DNA from: Crocosphaera subtropica ATCC 51142
GTDB taxonomy: Bacteria; Cyanobacteriota; Cyanobacteriia; Cyanobacteriales; Microcystaceae
Direction of reading: 5' to 3'
Length of the DNA: 32,000 nucleotides
Assembly: GCF_000017845.1 (NCBI RefSeq)
Contig: NC_010546.1
Location: forward strand, 2,220,001-2,252,000
In this document: piece by piece, positions 14,873 through 23,406 of the stretch
Position numbering within the stretch: the first letter of the stretch is position 1
How the letters are laid out: every line of letters starts with the position of its first letter
Position numbers and translations under genes: made by a program
The notes under the pieces: model-generated
What the model saw: only the letters and a program-made list of their open reading frames with translations
What the model was told of the DNA's origin: nothing
The model's database searches: none

Positions 14873-15628
14873 TTAACTACCGAACGCCTGAACTCCCTCA
14901 GAAACCATAATTCTAGGAATTTGACGCTGTAATTCTTGGTGCAACCATTGGTTAAACAGTTCATTGAGTAACCGTTTTTCCATTGCGTCATTTAATTGAG
15001 CCGGTAAATATTTTTCGAGGCGAACGATCACAAACCAATTTTCAATCCGAGTTAAGGGTAATAATTGACCAGGTTTGTGTCGTGTTAACAGTTTGGCAAG
15101 GGTCGGATGGGGAGAAGACAAAGCAACCGGTCCGATCAAGCCTCCTGTTTGAGCTTCTGGCCCCTGAGAATAACAACGAGCAACTTCTGCAAAGTCTTGT
15201 TCTTCTTCTTGGATGCGAAAATAAAGTTCCCGTGCCACCATTGCTTTATTAATGCGGAGTAGAGAGTACATTACTTGGTCAAGTTGGCTTTTGCGTTGCA
15301 AGAAATAAGCCTCTAACTTATGGCCCCAAGTGATCTGTTTAAATTGTTCAATCTTGCATTGACGGATGATTTGTCGGTTGAGTTGGGTTTGCGTTAATCC
15401 CTGTTTTTGCAACCATTGTTGTTTTTGTTCAGGGGTGATCAATTTCTGTTGCTCAAAAAACTGGTCTAAAGCTTGTTTTGTGCGATCGCTGGCAATTTCA
15501 ATATAGGCGATCGCTTCATCGATAATGAGTTCTCGTACCAGTGACGATAACATTTGATAGTCAATTAGCCTTGTCAACAGTTCTGAAGGGCTAAGGGTTT
15601 GGTGTCCAACTTCTAAAATGGCTGTCAT
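14873..15628 (-). CDS. Parvulin/PpiC-type peptidyl-prolyl isomerase-like protein (no signal peptide)
   Basis: 251 aa. FAEVARCYSQGPEAQTGGLIGPV...PGQLLPLTRIENWFVIVRLEK follows the rotamase pattern (FaelA..yS.....GG.lG.....G......t..G.H...). The two conserved parvulin His positions appear substituted (SLLRI and NWFVIV). It is the first gene of the minus-strand secretion operon. Confidence 0.75.
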   Translation of the reverse strand: MTAILEVGHQTLSPSELLTRLIDYQMLSSLVRELIIDEAIAYIEIASDRTKQALDQFFEQQKLITPEQKQQWLQKQGLTQTQLNRQIIRQCKIEQFKQITWGHKLEAYFLQRKSQLDQVMYSLLRINKAMVARELYFRIQEEEQDFAEVARCYSQGPEAQTGGLIGPVALSSPHPTLAKLLTRHKPGQLLPLTRIENWFVIVRLEKYLPAQLNDAMEKRLLNELFNQWLHQELQRQIPRIMVSEGVQAFGS

Positions 15629-15881
15629 GGTTGTCCTACTTCAACGCTCTAACGTCTCAGTAGGTTCGTCTTTTTTGTTTTATGCAAGTATTTTTGCGAT
15701 CGTTTTTGTAACTCACAAGTATGGGAATTGCTATAGTTCGACAGAAATATTTTTTTAGCCAAATGATCTGCAACTGTGCATAAAAATTCTAACTTCACCC
15801 TAAGTATTCATAGAGAGGGTTAAAACTAAGCTTCTTTAACCTTTTATCCATGCAATATAAATCAATTACAGGAGTAAGAAC

Positions 15882-17699
15882 ATGGCACAAGTAGACAACG
15901 ATACCATTGTTGGTGGCGAACAAGGGGACGTTATCTTTGGTGGTTTCGACGCAGACTTAATCGAAACCGGCGATGGATCGGACTTGATTTTCAGTGGTTT
16001 TGGTGACGATACCATTGATGCTGGCGGTGGCGATGATGCTATCTTCAGTGGTTTCGGCAACGATAACATCAATGCAGGAGACGGTAACGATTTTGTCTTC
16101 AGCAGTTTCGGTGATGACACCATTGATGGTGGCGAAGGAGACGATCTCATCTTTAGTGGTTTTGGTGATGATCAGATCAATGGTGCTAATGGTAACGATG
16201 CTATCTTCAGTGGTTTCGGCAACGATAACATCGATGCAGGAGACGGTAACGATTTTGTCAACGCAGGGAAAGGCAATGATTTTGTCTTTGGTGGTGCAGG
16301 AGTCGATACTCTCGACGGTGGTAAAGGTAACGATACCGTTGACGGTGGCAAAGGCAATGACATTATGAATGGTGGAGCCGGTAATGACCGTCTCATCTGG
16401 AATAATGGCGATGGTAGCGATATCCTTGACGGGGGGAAAGGTTACGACATCTCTGAAGTTAACGATGCTGAGTCCGCCGGCGATGACTTTGTTCTCGGAC
16501 AAAACGGCGATCGGGCTTTGTTTGAACGGGTCAATTTAGGCCAGTTTAGCCTCGATGCCGATAATGTCGAAGCCTTTGAAATCAATGCCAGTGGTGGGGA
16601 TGATCGTCTCACCGTTAATGACTTATCTAACACTGATGTAGAACAGGTTAACTTTTCTGGTGGAGAAGGTAATGATGTTCTCGATGGTAGTCAAACCGAT
16701 ACTACTCTGGTCGCTGATGGGGGTGTTGGAGATGATTTACTGCAAGGGGGTAATGCTGCTGATACCCTCAATGGTGGTGCTGGTAATGATACTGTTCTCG
16801 GAGGAGGTGGTATTGATGAACTGAATGGCGGTGATGGCGATGACATCATTGATGGCCAAAAAGGCAATGATATTATGAATGGCGGAGCCGGTAATGACCG
16901 TCTCATCTGGAATAATGGCGATGGTAGCGATATCCTTGACGGGGGGAAAGGTTACGACATCTCTGAAGTTAACGATGCTGAGGCCGCCGGCGATGACTTT
17001 GTTCTCGGACAAAACGGCGATCGGGCTTTGTTTGAACGGGTCAATTTAGGCCAGTTTAGCCTCGATGCCGATAATGTCGAAGCCTTTGAAATCAATGCCA
17101 GTGGTGGGGATGATCGTCTCACCGTTAATGACTTATCTAACACTGATGTAGAACAGGTTAACTTTTCTGGTGGAGAAGGTAATGATTTCTTGAATGCTAG
17201 TGGTACTAATACCCCCATCTTTGCTGACGGTGGTGTTGGTGATGACATCCTCATTGGTGGAGGTGGTAACGATACCATCATTGGGGGTGCTGGAAGCGAC
17301 CTCATTATTGGTGGGGGTGGTAACGATGTTCTTATTGGCGGAGATGGGGCAGATGCCTTTGGATTTGATAGTAACGCAGCCTTCGATCTCAATGATATCG
17401 GGAGCAATGAAATTCAAGACTTCCAAGTCGGAGAAGACCAGATTATCCTCGATAAGACCGTATTTGCTGCTCTCTCCAGTGGTGCTGGCGATGGTTTTGA
17501 AATTGCCAATGAATTTGCTGTGGTAGCCAATGAAGCTGAAGCGGATGCCAGTGAAGCAGCGATTCTCTTTAATTCGAGTACCGGAGCCTTAATTTACAAC
17601 CAAAATGGTGCAGAAGCGGGTTACGGTGATGGTGGTCAATTTGCTGTCTTAGAAGGGGTTGAAAACCTCACCGCCGAAGATTTTGCCATCAAAGAATAA
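15882..17699 (+). CDS. RTX (hemolysin-type calcium-binding repeat) beta-roll protein, probable T1SS substrate
   Basis: 605 aa, with aggag at 15870..15874, 7 nt before the ATG. It has dozens of GGxGxDxUx nonapeptides (SGFGDDTID AGGGDDAIF SGFGNDNIN ...), is Cys-free and acidic, and ends in a tail typical of cyanobacterial RTX proteins (ILFNSSTGALIYNQNGAEAGYGDGGQFAVLEGVENLTAEDFAI). Confidence 0.9.
   Translation: MAQVDNDTIVGGEQGDVIFGGFDADLIETGDGSDLIFSGFGDDTIDAGGGDDAIFSGFGNDNINAGDGNDFVFSSFGDDTIDGGEGDDLIFSGFGDDQINGANGNDAIFSGFGNDNIDAGDGNDFVNAGKGNDFVFGGAGVDTLDGGKGNDTVDGGKGNDIMNGGAGNDRLIWNNGDGSDILDGGKGYDISEVNDAESAGDDFVLGQNGDRALFERVNLGQFSLDADNVEAFEINASGGDDRLTVNDLSNTDVEQVNFSGGEGNDVLDGSQTDTTLVADGGVGDDLLQGGNAADTLNGGAGNDTVLGGGGIDELNGGDGDDIIDGQKGNDIMNGGAGNDRLIWNNGDGSDILDGGKGYDISEVNDAEAAGDDFVLGQNGDRALFERVNLGQFSLDADNVEAFEINASGGDDRLTVNDLSNTDVEQVNFSGGEGNDFLNASGTNTPIFADGGVGDDILIGGGGNDTIIGGAGSDLIIGGGGNDVLIGGDGADAFGFDSNAAFDLNDIGSNEIQDFQVGEDQIILDKTVFAALSSGAGDGFEIANEFAVVANEAEADASEAAILFNSSTGALIYNQNGAEAGYGDGGQFAVLEGVENLTAEDFAIKE
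16350..16676. repeat. 327-bp direct repeat, copy 1 (period 510 bp) inside the RTX gene
   Basis: By eye it is identical to 16860..17186 except at 3 positions (gac/gat, ggt/ggc, tcc/gcc). It encodes KGNDIMNGGAGNDRLIWNNGDGSD...FERVNLGQFSLDADNVEAFEINASGGDDRLTVNDLSNTDVEQVNFSGGEGND. Confidence 0.95.
16860..17186. repeat. 327-bp direct repeat, copy 2
   Basis: See copy 1. The single amino-acid difference is Ser to Ala in DAE(S/A)AGDD. Confidence 0.95.
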
Positions 17700-17776
17700 G
17701 TTAAAGGACGCAGGCGAGAAAATAAACAAGCCTCTCCCTGCTTCTCTGCTGACTTTACTAATAAAACGCTTAACGG

Positions 17777-17793
17777 AGGAGTATTGTACTCCT
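17777..17793 (+). terminator. Possible short hairpin terminator after the RTX gene
   Basis: aggagta ttg tactcct gives a 7-bp stem and 3-nt loop, followed by ttcta..agttttttt. The U tract is not contiguous. Confidence 0.3.
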
Positions 17794-17842
17794 TTCTACC
17801 AGTTTTTTTCTCAAACAACGCAATTAATTGGAGATAGGTACT

Positions 17843-18892
17843 ATGTTAAATCAAAGATCAAACAACCCTAAAGATACTTCTAAATGGTGGCGAGAAATTG
17901 GGATGGTTTCTCTAATTGCTTTAGGTGGATTGACTTATGGACTATTACAATATCCCGATGATTTCATCCCATCGCAACCCAATTTTGAGCAAATAACAGC
18001 TAATTGGCACATTCCTACGGTTCAAACCTTCACAGGAAATACTAGCGGTGTCTGGTCAGTTGCTCTTAGTGAGGACGGCAAAATTCTAGCCAGTGCAGGA
18101 CATGATGGACAGATTAGAATATGGGATATTGAACAAGGAATACTCTTACATCGCTTACCAGCGGAGAAACAGGCAGTTTTAGCCGTTGCCTTTAGCCCTG
18201 ATGACTCCATTTTAGCCAGTAGCGGACAAGACGGGATGATTCGTTTCTGGAATTGGCAGACTGGGGAGTTGATTACTCAACTTCCGGGTCATAATAAACC
18301 GGTACGTTCTTTTGTGTTTAGTTCTGATGGTCAAACCTTAATTAGTTGTAGTTGGGATAAGACCATTAAAATTTGGAATTGGCGCAGGGGAGAACTTCAG
18401 CAAACCCTTACAGGTCATTCGGTTGGGGTGTTTGCGATCGATATTAGTCCTGATGGTCAAACCATTGCTAGTGTTAGTAAGGATAAAACCATTAAACTAT
18501 GGGATGTTATGACTGGGGAATTAAAACAAACCCTAACGGGTCATGAAGACTCAGTGAGAACGGTTGCTTTTAGTCCTGACGGCCGTTATTTGGCCACGGG
18601 TAGCAATGACACAACGATTAAGTTATGGCAAGTAGCTACGGGAACGCTGATTGAGACGTTAAACGCTCATGAAAGTTTTGTCAATTCTGTTGTCTTTAGT
18701 TCTGATAATCAGACTTTAATTAGTGCGAGTCAGGATAATAAAATTAAGCGTTGGGATTTAAACAGTCTGACGGTTCTGCAAACATTTTCTGATCATAATG
18801 CGCCGGTGAATTCTGTCGCTTTAAGTGCTGATGGTCATCAATTTGTCAGTGGTAGTTGGGATAGAACTGTGAAAGTATGGCGACCTTTTTGA
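17843..18892 (+). CDS. N-terminally membrane-anchored 7-blade WD40 repeat protein
   Basis: The track starts at TTG 17828. I prefer ATG 17843 because ggag lies at 17831..17834. TM segment IGMVSLIALGGLTYGLL follows the basic stretch KDTSKWWRE. Seven WD40 units follow (IRIWDI, IRFWNW, IKIWNW, IKLWDV, IKLWQV, IKRWDL, VKVWRP). Confidence 0.9.
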   Translation: MLNQRSNNPKDTSKWWREIGMVSLIALGGLTYGLLQYPDDFIPSQPNFEQITANWHIPTVQTFTGNTSGVWSVALSEDGKILASAGHDGQIRIWDIEQGILLHRLPAEKQAVLAVAFSPDDSILASSGQDGMIRFWNWQTGELITQLPGHNKPVRSFVFSSDGQTLISCSWDKTIKIWNWRRGELQQTLTGHSVGVFAIDISPDGQTIASVSKDKTIKLWDVMTGELKQTLTGHEDSVRTVAFSPDGRYLATGSNDTTIKLWQVATGTLIETLNAHESFVNSVVFSSDNQTLISASQDNKIKRWDLNSLTVLQTFSDHNAPVNSVALSADGHQFVSGSWDRTVKVWRPF

Positions 18893-18938
18893 TCAGTGTT
18901 AATACCCATTCTAAGTTTTTTAGTAGAAATTGGATCGA

Positions 18939-19322
18939 TTATCCAGCAAAACTTAAGAATAATAAAACGCCTCCTAAAATAGTTTCTACACCTCCAGCTA
19001 TGCGAATATAGCGTTGTAAAAATTCATCAGACCAATTTTTAACGAAATTTGCCCAACTCGGAACCAGCAGATATAAAACGCATTTAGTGGTCACTAACCA
19101 CCCGATAATAGTAATCAAAACAGTCCAGTTAGTCACCCAAAGATTATGGCCAAACACAACAATTAATCCCCAAGGAAGGAACAAAAGTGACCAAAAAATT
19201 AACCCAGTTGGTTTTGTTAACAGTTCTTTGACTAAATCTTTCCAAACTGCACTTTGAAATAGATAGGATAGACCCGTTATGATTAAAAAACTAGCAATAA
19301 TCCGTTCAATTATTAGTGTCAT
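18939..19322 (-). CDS. Small integral membrane protein, unknown function
   Basis: 127-aa ORF with four hydrophobic helices, immediately downstream of and co-oriented with the 19429..20139 gene. Confidence 0.6.
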   Translation of the reverse strand: MTLIIERIIASFLIITGLSYLFQSAVWKDLVKELLTKPTGLIFWSLLFLPWGLIVVFGHNLWVTNWTVLITIIGWLVTTKCVLYLLVPSWANFVKNWSDEFLQRYIRIAGGVETILGGVLLFLSFAG

Positions 19323-19428
19323 AACTTACCTCCTTGATGACAACATTTTGACAAGGAAGGTCAGAAGTCGATAGTTTCATGTTTTCGACTCTTTGCTTTT
19401 ATTATAATCATTTTTGATCCAATTGGTG

Positions 19429-20139
19429 TTATGCCTCTTTAACCATAGCAAGTATCCAAGCAGCGACTAAACTAACCCAAACAAGCAATTCTAACCATTT
19501 AATCCAAAAAGTTCTCCTCCACCAAAGTTTAACCCAAGAAAAATTTACATTCTGCCCATAACTTTTAAGATTATTTGCCCATCGTAAAGGACTATCTTGA
19601 GGTGTATAGAACCAGTTAAACATAGAAAACAAGAAAGGTAATCCACCTACTTTAGCACTGACTAATAAATGAAAAGCTAAACTAATAAACATGATTACCC
19701 ATGATAGTAAATGGCCTAAATACCACACATGGTTAAGTTCTCCATTGGGCAACCATTTTTCGTCCATCATTTTGCCAGTAAAAACTGCAAACGTCAAAGA
19801 AATAAGCATTAATGTATTGATGACCCGATGAAGATGATAAGACCAACCTTTTTGGGAAATATGGGTTAAATTAGCTAAAGTGTTCCGTTGAATTAAACGT
19901 TTTCGACCCTGATGAAAAGCATAAAAAACTAAAGTAGGAAAAATTAATAACGTCCAAAGTCCAAAAGTCCCATGAATTCCTTCGATTTCTTCAAACTTGG
20001 GTAAAGGAATTTGTCCCCATCTACCGTCATAAACATCATAAGTCCAGTACGCGGTAATCATGGCTAAGATAAGGAATAAAGTGGTTAAACCATGTACAAA
20101 ACGGAGTAATAAAGGTTGATAAGGGCGTATAACTTTCAT
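19429..20139 (-). CDS. Cytochrome b561-like (bacterial di-haem b-type cytochrome family) membrane protein
   Basis: 236 aa, four TM helices with His residues placed as in the prokaryotic cytochrome b561 family: LRFVHGLTTLFLIL, GIHGTFGLWTLLIF, HLHRVINTLMLISLTF.FTG, LGHLLSWVIMFISLAFHLL. Confidence 0.55.
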   Translation of the reverse strand: MKVIRPYQPLLLRFVHGLTTLFLILAMITAYWTYDVYDGRWGQIPLPKFEEIEGIHGTFGLWTLLIFPTLVFYAFHQGRKRLIQRNTLANLTHISQKGWSYHLHRVINTLMLISLTFAVFTGKMMDEKWLPNGELNHVWYLGHLLSWVIMFISLAFHLLVSAKVGGLPFLFSMFNWFYTPQDSPLRWANNLKSYGQNVNFSWVKLWWRRTFWIKWLELLVWVSLVAAWILAMVKEA

Positions 20140-20225
20140 GATAATAACTAAGGCTTAAATTCGGTAGGCCCAAGGAAGAAAGAAGATAAGAAGCTATCTC
20201 TTTTTCCCTTTGCCTTTTGCTTTAT

Positions 20226-20501
20226 CTATTGTTCTGATTCAACCATAGAAAAGAATCCAGGAACCCTGCCGGCAGCTGCACCACCATCTTTCTGAGACAG
20301 GATGACCGCACTAATTTGATCGCTCATAACAGCCACTTTTTTTTCAGTTTGTTTCTCACAAGTTAACTCAATTAACTGAGAGGTTCCTGATTTCATGGCA
20401 TTGACAATCTGATTATAAAGTGTTTGTGCGTCTTCGACTTCTTTGCGTTGCACCGAAATAGGAAGAGGCGTATACTTTAGGGCTAAATCAATACTAATCA
20501 T
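20226..20501 (-). CDS. Small conserved hypothetical protein
   Basis: 91-aa ORF with aaggag 6-7 nt upstream of the ATG on the minus strand. The pattern (I.I.....P..I...........L...V..A...G...L.EL...K...KV.V....I..V.L......GR.PGF) is reminiscent of DUF3107-type small proteins. Weak. Confidence 0.55.
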   Translation of the reverse strand: MISIDLALKYTPLPISVQRKEVEDAQTLYNQIVNAMKSGTSQLIELTCEKQTEKKVAVMSDQISAVILSQKDGGAAAGRVPGFFSMVESEQ

Positions 20502-20661
20502 TAAGGCTCCTTGCGGTAAATGCTTTCTATTTTATTATGAGTGAAAAATGGGCAGTGTGGGGAGTGTGAGAAGGGGGTAGACTCTTGATCTAATACTGAA
20601 ACTTTAAAGGACGAAGAAAGAAGATAAAATAGTGATACCGTTGATCTTGGAAGTTGAATAA

Positions 20662-21126
20662 ATGAATACTTGCGTGTTAATGGCGAAAGTCATTAGTAAC
20701 CCAGAATTACGCTATACCCCAGATAACCAAACCGAAGTGGCGCAAATGTTGGTAGAATTTGAAGGGCGGCGAAAAGAAGATGCCCCCTGTACCTTAAAAG
20801 TTGTCGGATGGGGCGGTTTAGCAACGCAGATGAAAGAAAGTTGCACCGAAGGCGATCGCTTAATTCTTGAAGGCCGTTTAGCCATGAATACCTTTGAACG
20901 CAAAGAAGGATTTAAGGAAAAACGGGCAGAATTGGTAATTTCTCGCTTTTATCCTTTGGATGGACTAGCTGAGTCTTCTTCTGCGGATAATGTAGTTTCT
21001 TTTGATGCTGCGAAATCATCTCATCCGATGGATAATAGTTACGACGAAGATGACTATGATATGGATGAGTCAGAGGAAATGGGAACATCGTCCACCAACG
21101 AAGCTGATGATCCCATTCCTTTTTAA
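20662..21126 (+). CDS. ssb: Single-stranded DNA-binding protein
   Basis: OB-fold N-terminus (CVLMAKVISNPELRYTPDNQTEVAQMLVEF...LKVVGWGGLA...GDRLILEGRL...AELVISRFYPL), an acidic disordered tail, and the C-terminal DDPIPF tip typical of bacterial SSB. Confidence 0.9.
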   Translation: MNTCVLMAKVISNPELRYTPDNQTEVAQMLVEFEGRRKEDAPCTLKVVGWGGLATQMKESCTEGDRLILEGRLAMNTFERKEGFKEKRAELVISRFYPLDGLAESSSADNVVSFDAAKSSHPMDNSYDEDDYDMDESEEMGTSSTNEADDPIPF

Positions 21127-21173
21127 CCAATCTTTGTTATATTAAGCTATTGCTGAATAATAGAAAATGTAGG

Positions 21174-21229
21174 GTGGGCAAATCTAATTATCTTGAATCA
21201 TCGATAGTTAATTATGGTTATTTGCCCAC
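21174..21229. terminator. 10-bp inverted repeat downstream of ssb (possible terminator or structured element)
   Basis: gtgggcaaat (21174..21183) and atttgcccac (21220..21229) are separated by 36 nt and followed by ataatttttat. Confidence 0.3.
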
Positions 21230-21316
21230 ATAATTTTTATTCTTGTACTTCTCATAGGAATTTGAGTAATGATTTAAAATAGTTAAGTACAACCATAATC
21301 TCCTCCTAGTCCCAAG

Positions 21317-22429
21317 ATGGTCTTTTCACATCCTCAACATTTACATCCCTTACTCCCCCAAAATCAAGACTTACAAGCTACTGAAAAATTTGCTAAAAAA
21401 ATTAGCCAAACCCGTCAAGGTTACTTTGGTCTTCTGCAAAAAGAGATTAATGCTTTAATGGCTAACGATTCAATCACAACCTGTCAATTACGGAAACAAC
21501 TCGATAGTGTAGCAGCTATTCAAGAAGCTAATCAACAGCGTAGTGAGTTGCAAGACAAAATGTGGGCTTATACTCAGGCTAGTATTGATCATGAGCGCAA
21601 TTATCTCTTAGAAGCCTATGAACAACATATAAAAGGACTTTCTCAATTAGAATTAAATCCTAATTTAGTCATTCCCCGTCATCAAACTAAAGTAGATATT
21701 CACAGAATGCCAGGAGGTTATCTCAAAGATCAAGGAGACGATGATTTTTGGAGTGGTGTCCTCTATGATCATGGTGTTTTCCTCTATGGAAGAGGTTGGT
21801 TAGGTCCTCTTAATGATGAGTTTGGTCAAACTATTATTGAACAACTTTTAAAATCTCACTATCCTCAATTTAATCCCCAAAAAATTCTTGATATGGGGTG
21901 TTCTGTTGGTCATAGTACCCTTCCTTATGCCCAAGCTTACCCAGAAGCTGAAGTCTGGGGTATTGATCTAGGTGCGTCTTTGTTACGGTATGCTAGAGCA
22001 AGAGCCAATGGACTAGGGCAAAAAGTATATTTTGCTCAACAAAACGCAGAACAAACTGACTTTGAAGACAACCGTTTTGACTTAGTAGTTAGTCATATTA
22101 TTATGCACGAAATTCCTAATGTAGCTAAACAACGTATCTTTAAAGAAAGTTATCGTTTACTGAAAACTGGCGGAATTATGGTTCACTTAGATAGTTTATT
22201 ATTTATGTGTCCTTCTAATCCCCTCATGCGTTATTTCCGAGATACAGAGGTTTCCTATAATTCTGAACCATTTGTGGGTTGTGCAGAGTTAGAAGACTTA
22301 AAAAAAGCTGCACTAGAAGCAGGTTTTGCTCCTGAAAATTGTCATTCCTATCAACTTGCTGGTTACTACAGTGAACAACAGGGTTCAACTCAACCGAAAT
22401 GGTTGGCTTTGTGTGGGGTTAAAAGTTAA
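21317..22429 (+). CDS. Class I SAM-dependent methyltransferase
   Basis: 370 aa. Motif I ILDMGCSVGHST; post-I EVWGIDLG; motif II/III FDLVVSHIIMHEI and LLKTGGIMV. Confidence 0.8.
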   Translation: MVFSHPQHLHPLLPQNQDLQATEKFAKKISQTRQGYFGLLQKEINALMANDSITTCQLRKQLDSVAAIQEANQQRSELQDKMWAYTQASIDHERNYLLEAYEQHIKGLSQLELNPNLVIPRHQTKVDIHRMPGGYLKDQGDDDFWSGVLYDHGVFLYGRGWLGPLNDEFGQTIIEQLLKSHYPQFNPQKILDMGCSVGHSTLPYAQAYPEAEVWGIDLGASLLRYARARANGLGQKVYFAQQNAEQTDFEDNRFDLVVSHIIMHEIPNVAKQRIFKESYRLLKTGGIMVHLDSLLFMCPSNPLMRYFRDTEVSYNSEPFVGCAELEDLKKAALEAGFAPENCHSYQLAGYYSEQQGSTQPKWLALCGVKS

Positions 22430-22467
22430 TTGAAGGGTTTGATAGCAATATATCTCAGTTTTTGCTT

Positions 22468-22827
22468 TTAAATTTCTTCTGGATCAACCCCCATATCAAT
22501 TAGTTTTTCTGCTAATTTATCAGCCCTTACTTTTTCTTGTTTGGCTATTTCTTCGGGGGTAGAAATCCACTTTCTATTGCGATCGTACCAGCGTAACCAT
22601 AGTCTTTCTATCCCTTCATAAGAACCTTGCTAAAGTCCTAACCCTAAACCAATATCCTCTATCGAGATCCGAGATTCAATTAATTCTAATTCTCTGTAAT
22701 GACTTCCGGTTAACTGAAATGCCTTTAATTGATCAGTATAACGATCAAAAACAATATAATAAGGCACTCTCAAAATACGCTCATAAACCTCCCATTTAGG
22801 ATCATTTAGGGCATCGGTATGATACAT
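22468..22827 (-). pseudogene. Decayed Uma2-family (DUF820) endonuclease-like gene: 5'-truncated with an in-frame TAG
   Basis: The 65-aa ORF (KWEVYERILRVPYYIVFDRYTDQLKAFQL...IGLGLGL) stops at TAG 22630..22632. The same frame continues open for 53 more codons (QGSYEGIERLWLRWYDRNRKWISTPEEIAKQEKVRADKLAEKLIDMGVDPEEI) to TAA 22468..22470. Relatives, as I recall them, read ...LGLGLWQG.Y.GI.R.WLRWYD..., so TGG changed to TAG. The N-terminal ~100 aa of the family are absent (stop 5 codons upstream of the Met). Confidence 0.7.
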
Positions 22828-22874
22828 AATAATGACGCTTTAAAAACAATTAAAATCTAAATCATAGGCCAGTA

Positions 22875-23393
22875 TTAACGACAGCCTAAACTATCTCTAG
22901 TAGAAACCCCAGTCACTGGATTAACCCCTTCAGCCCGTTCACACATCAAAGAAACTTGATAGCGATCAATCACTGCGTTGGTAAAATCTGCCCCTGTAAT
23001 GGTAGCATCATAAAAGCGGGTACGAGTGGCGATCGCATCAACTAAAATCGCATTGGTCAGATCAGCAAAATCTAGGGTAACCCGATCCAGTAAGGAGGAA
23101 CTCAAGTTAGCCCCCTTCAAATTCGCTCCTAATAGTATCCCTTCTGTAAAAATGCTATAGGAGAGATTTGATCCCTCAAAATTGGCTTCTCGCATATCTG
23201 CTGCTGCGAATACACCCTTTTCTAAGTTCTTATGGGAAAAATCTTGTTGTTGTAACTCTCCGTAGGTATAATTTACCGTATTATCTTGAGCGATCGCTGG
23301 ACGAGCATCCAATAATATCCAGAGACTCACCAATACCATTAAACCCATTAAGGCCAAAAACCGTAACAATAACTTTTTCAGGGGTTTGAACAT
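22875..23393 (-). CDS. Pentapeptide-repeat protein with signal peptide (lumenal/periplasmic type)
   Basis: Signal-like [29 protein letters not shown], then A(D/N)LxX-type pentapeptides ([53 protein letters not shown]). I prefer start ATG 23393 because track start 23429 would overlap the upstream gene by 23 nt. Confidence 0.85.
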   Translation of the reverse strand: MFKPLKKLLLRFLALMGLMVLVSLWILLDARPAIAQDNTVNYTYGELQQQDFSHKNLEKGVFAAADMREANFEGSNLSYSIFTEGILLGANLKGANLSSSLLDRVTLDFADLTNAILVDAIATRTRFYDATITGADFTNAVIDRYQVSLMCERAEGVNPVTGVSTRDSLGCR

Positions 23394-23406
23394 TTTATTT
23401 TTAATT

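Noticed and set aside
14755-15252. ORFs 14755..14991 (-) and 14983..15252 (+) overlapping the PPIase gene and the heptamer spacer.
   Set aside because: They overlap the better-supported PPIase CDS. The first reads through the tandem heptamer array (the PTPYPQNPTPQN artefact).
15866-17526. Many ORFs of 60-180 aa on both strands inside the RTX gene (for example 15866..16150, 15957..16502, 15994..16368, 16691..16906, 16952..17407, 17133..17426, 17194..17526).
   Set aside because: These are low-complexity Ser/Pro/Thr/Ile-rich translations produced by alternative frames of the GGxGxD repeat DNA. The + frame at 15882..17699 has a clear RBS, RTX motifs and a T1SS-type C-terminus.
20175-20627. Identical 15-nt purine-rich words (gaagaaagaagataa at 20175..20189 and 20613..20627) flanking the 91-aa gene, possibly target-site or terminal repeats.
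   Set aside because: The sequence is low-complexity purine-rich, and one exact 15-mer coincidence is roughly what chance predicts in a 32-kb AT-rich window. No other mobile-element hallmarks are present.
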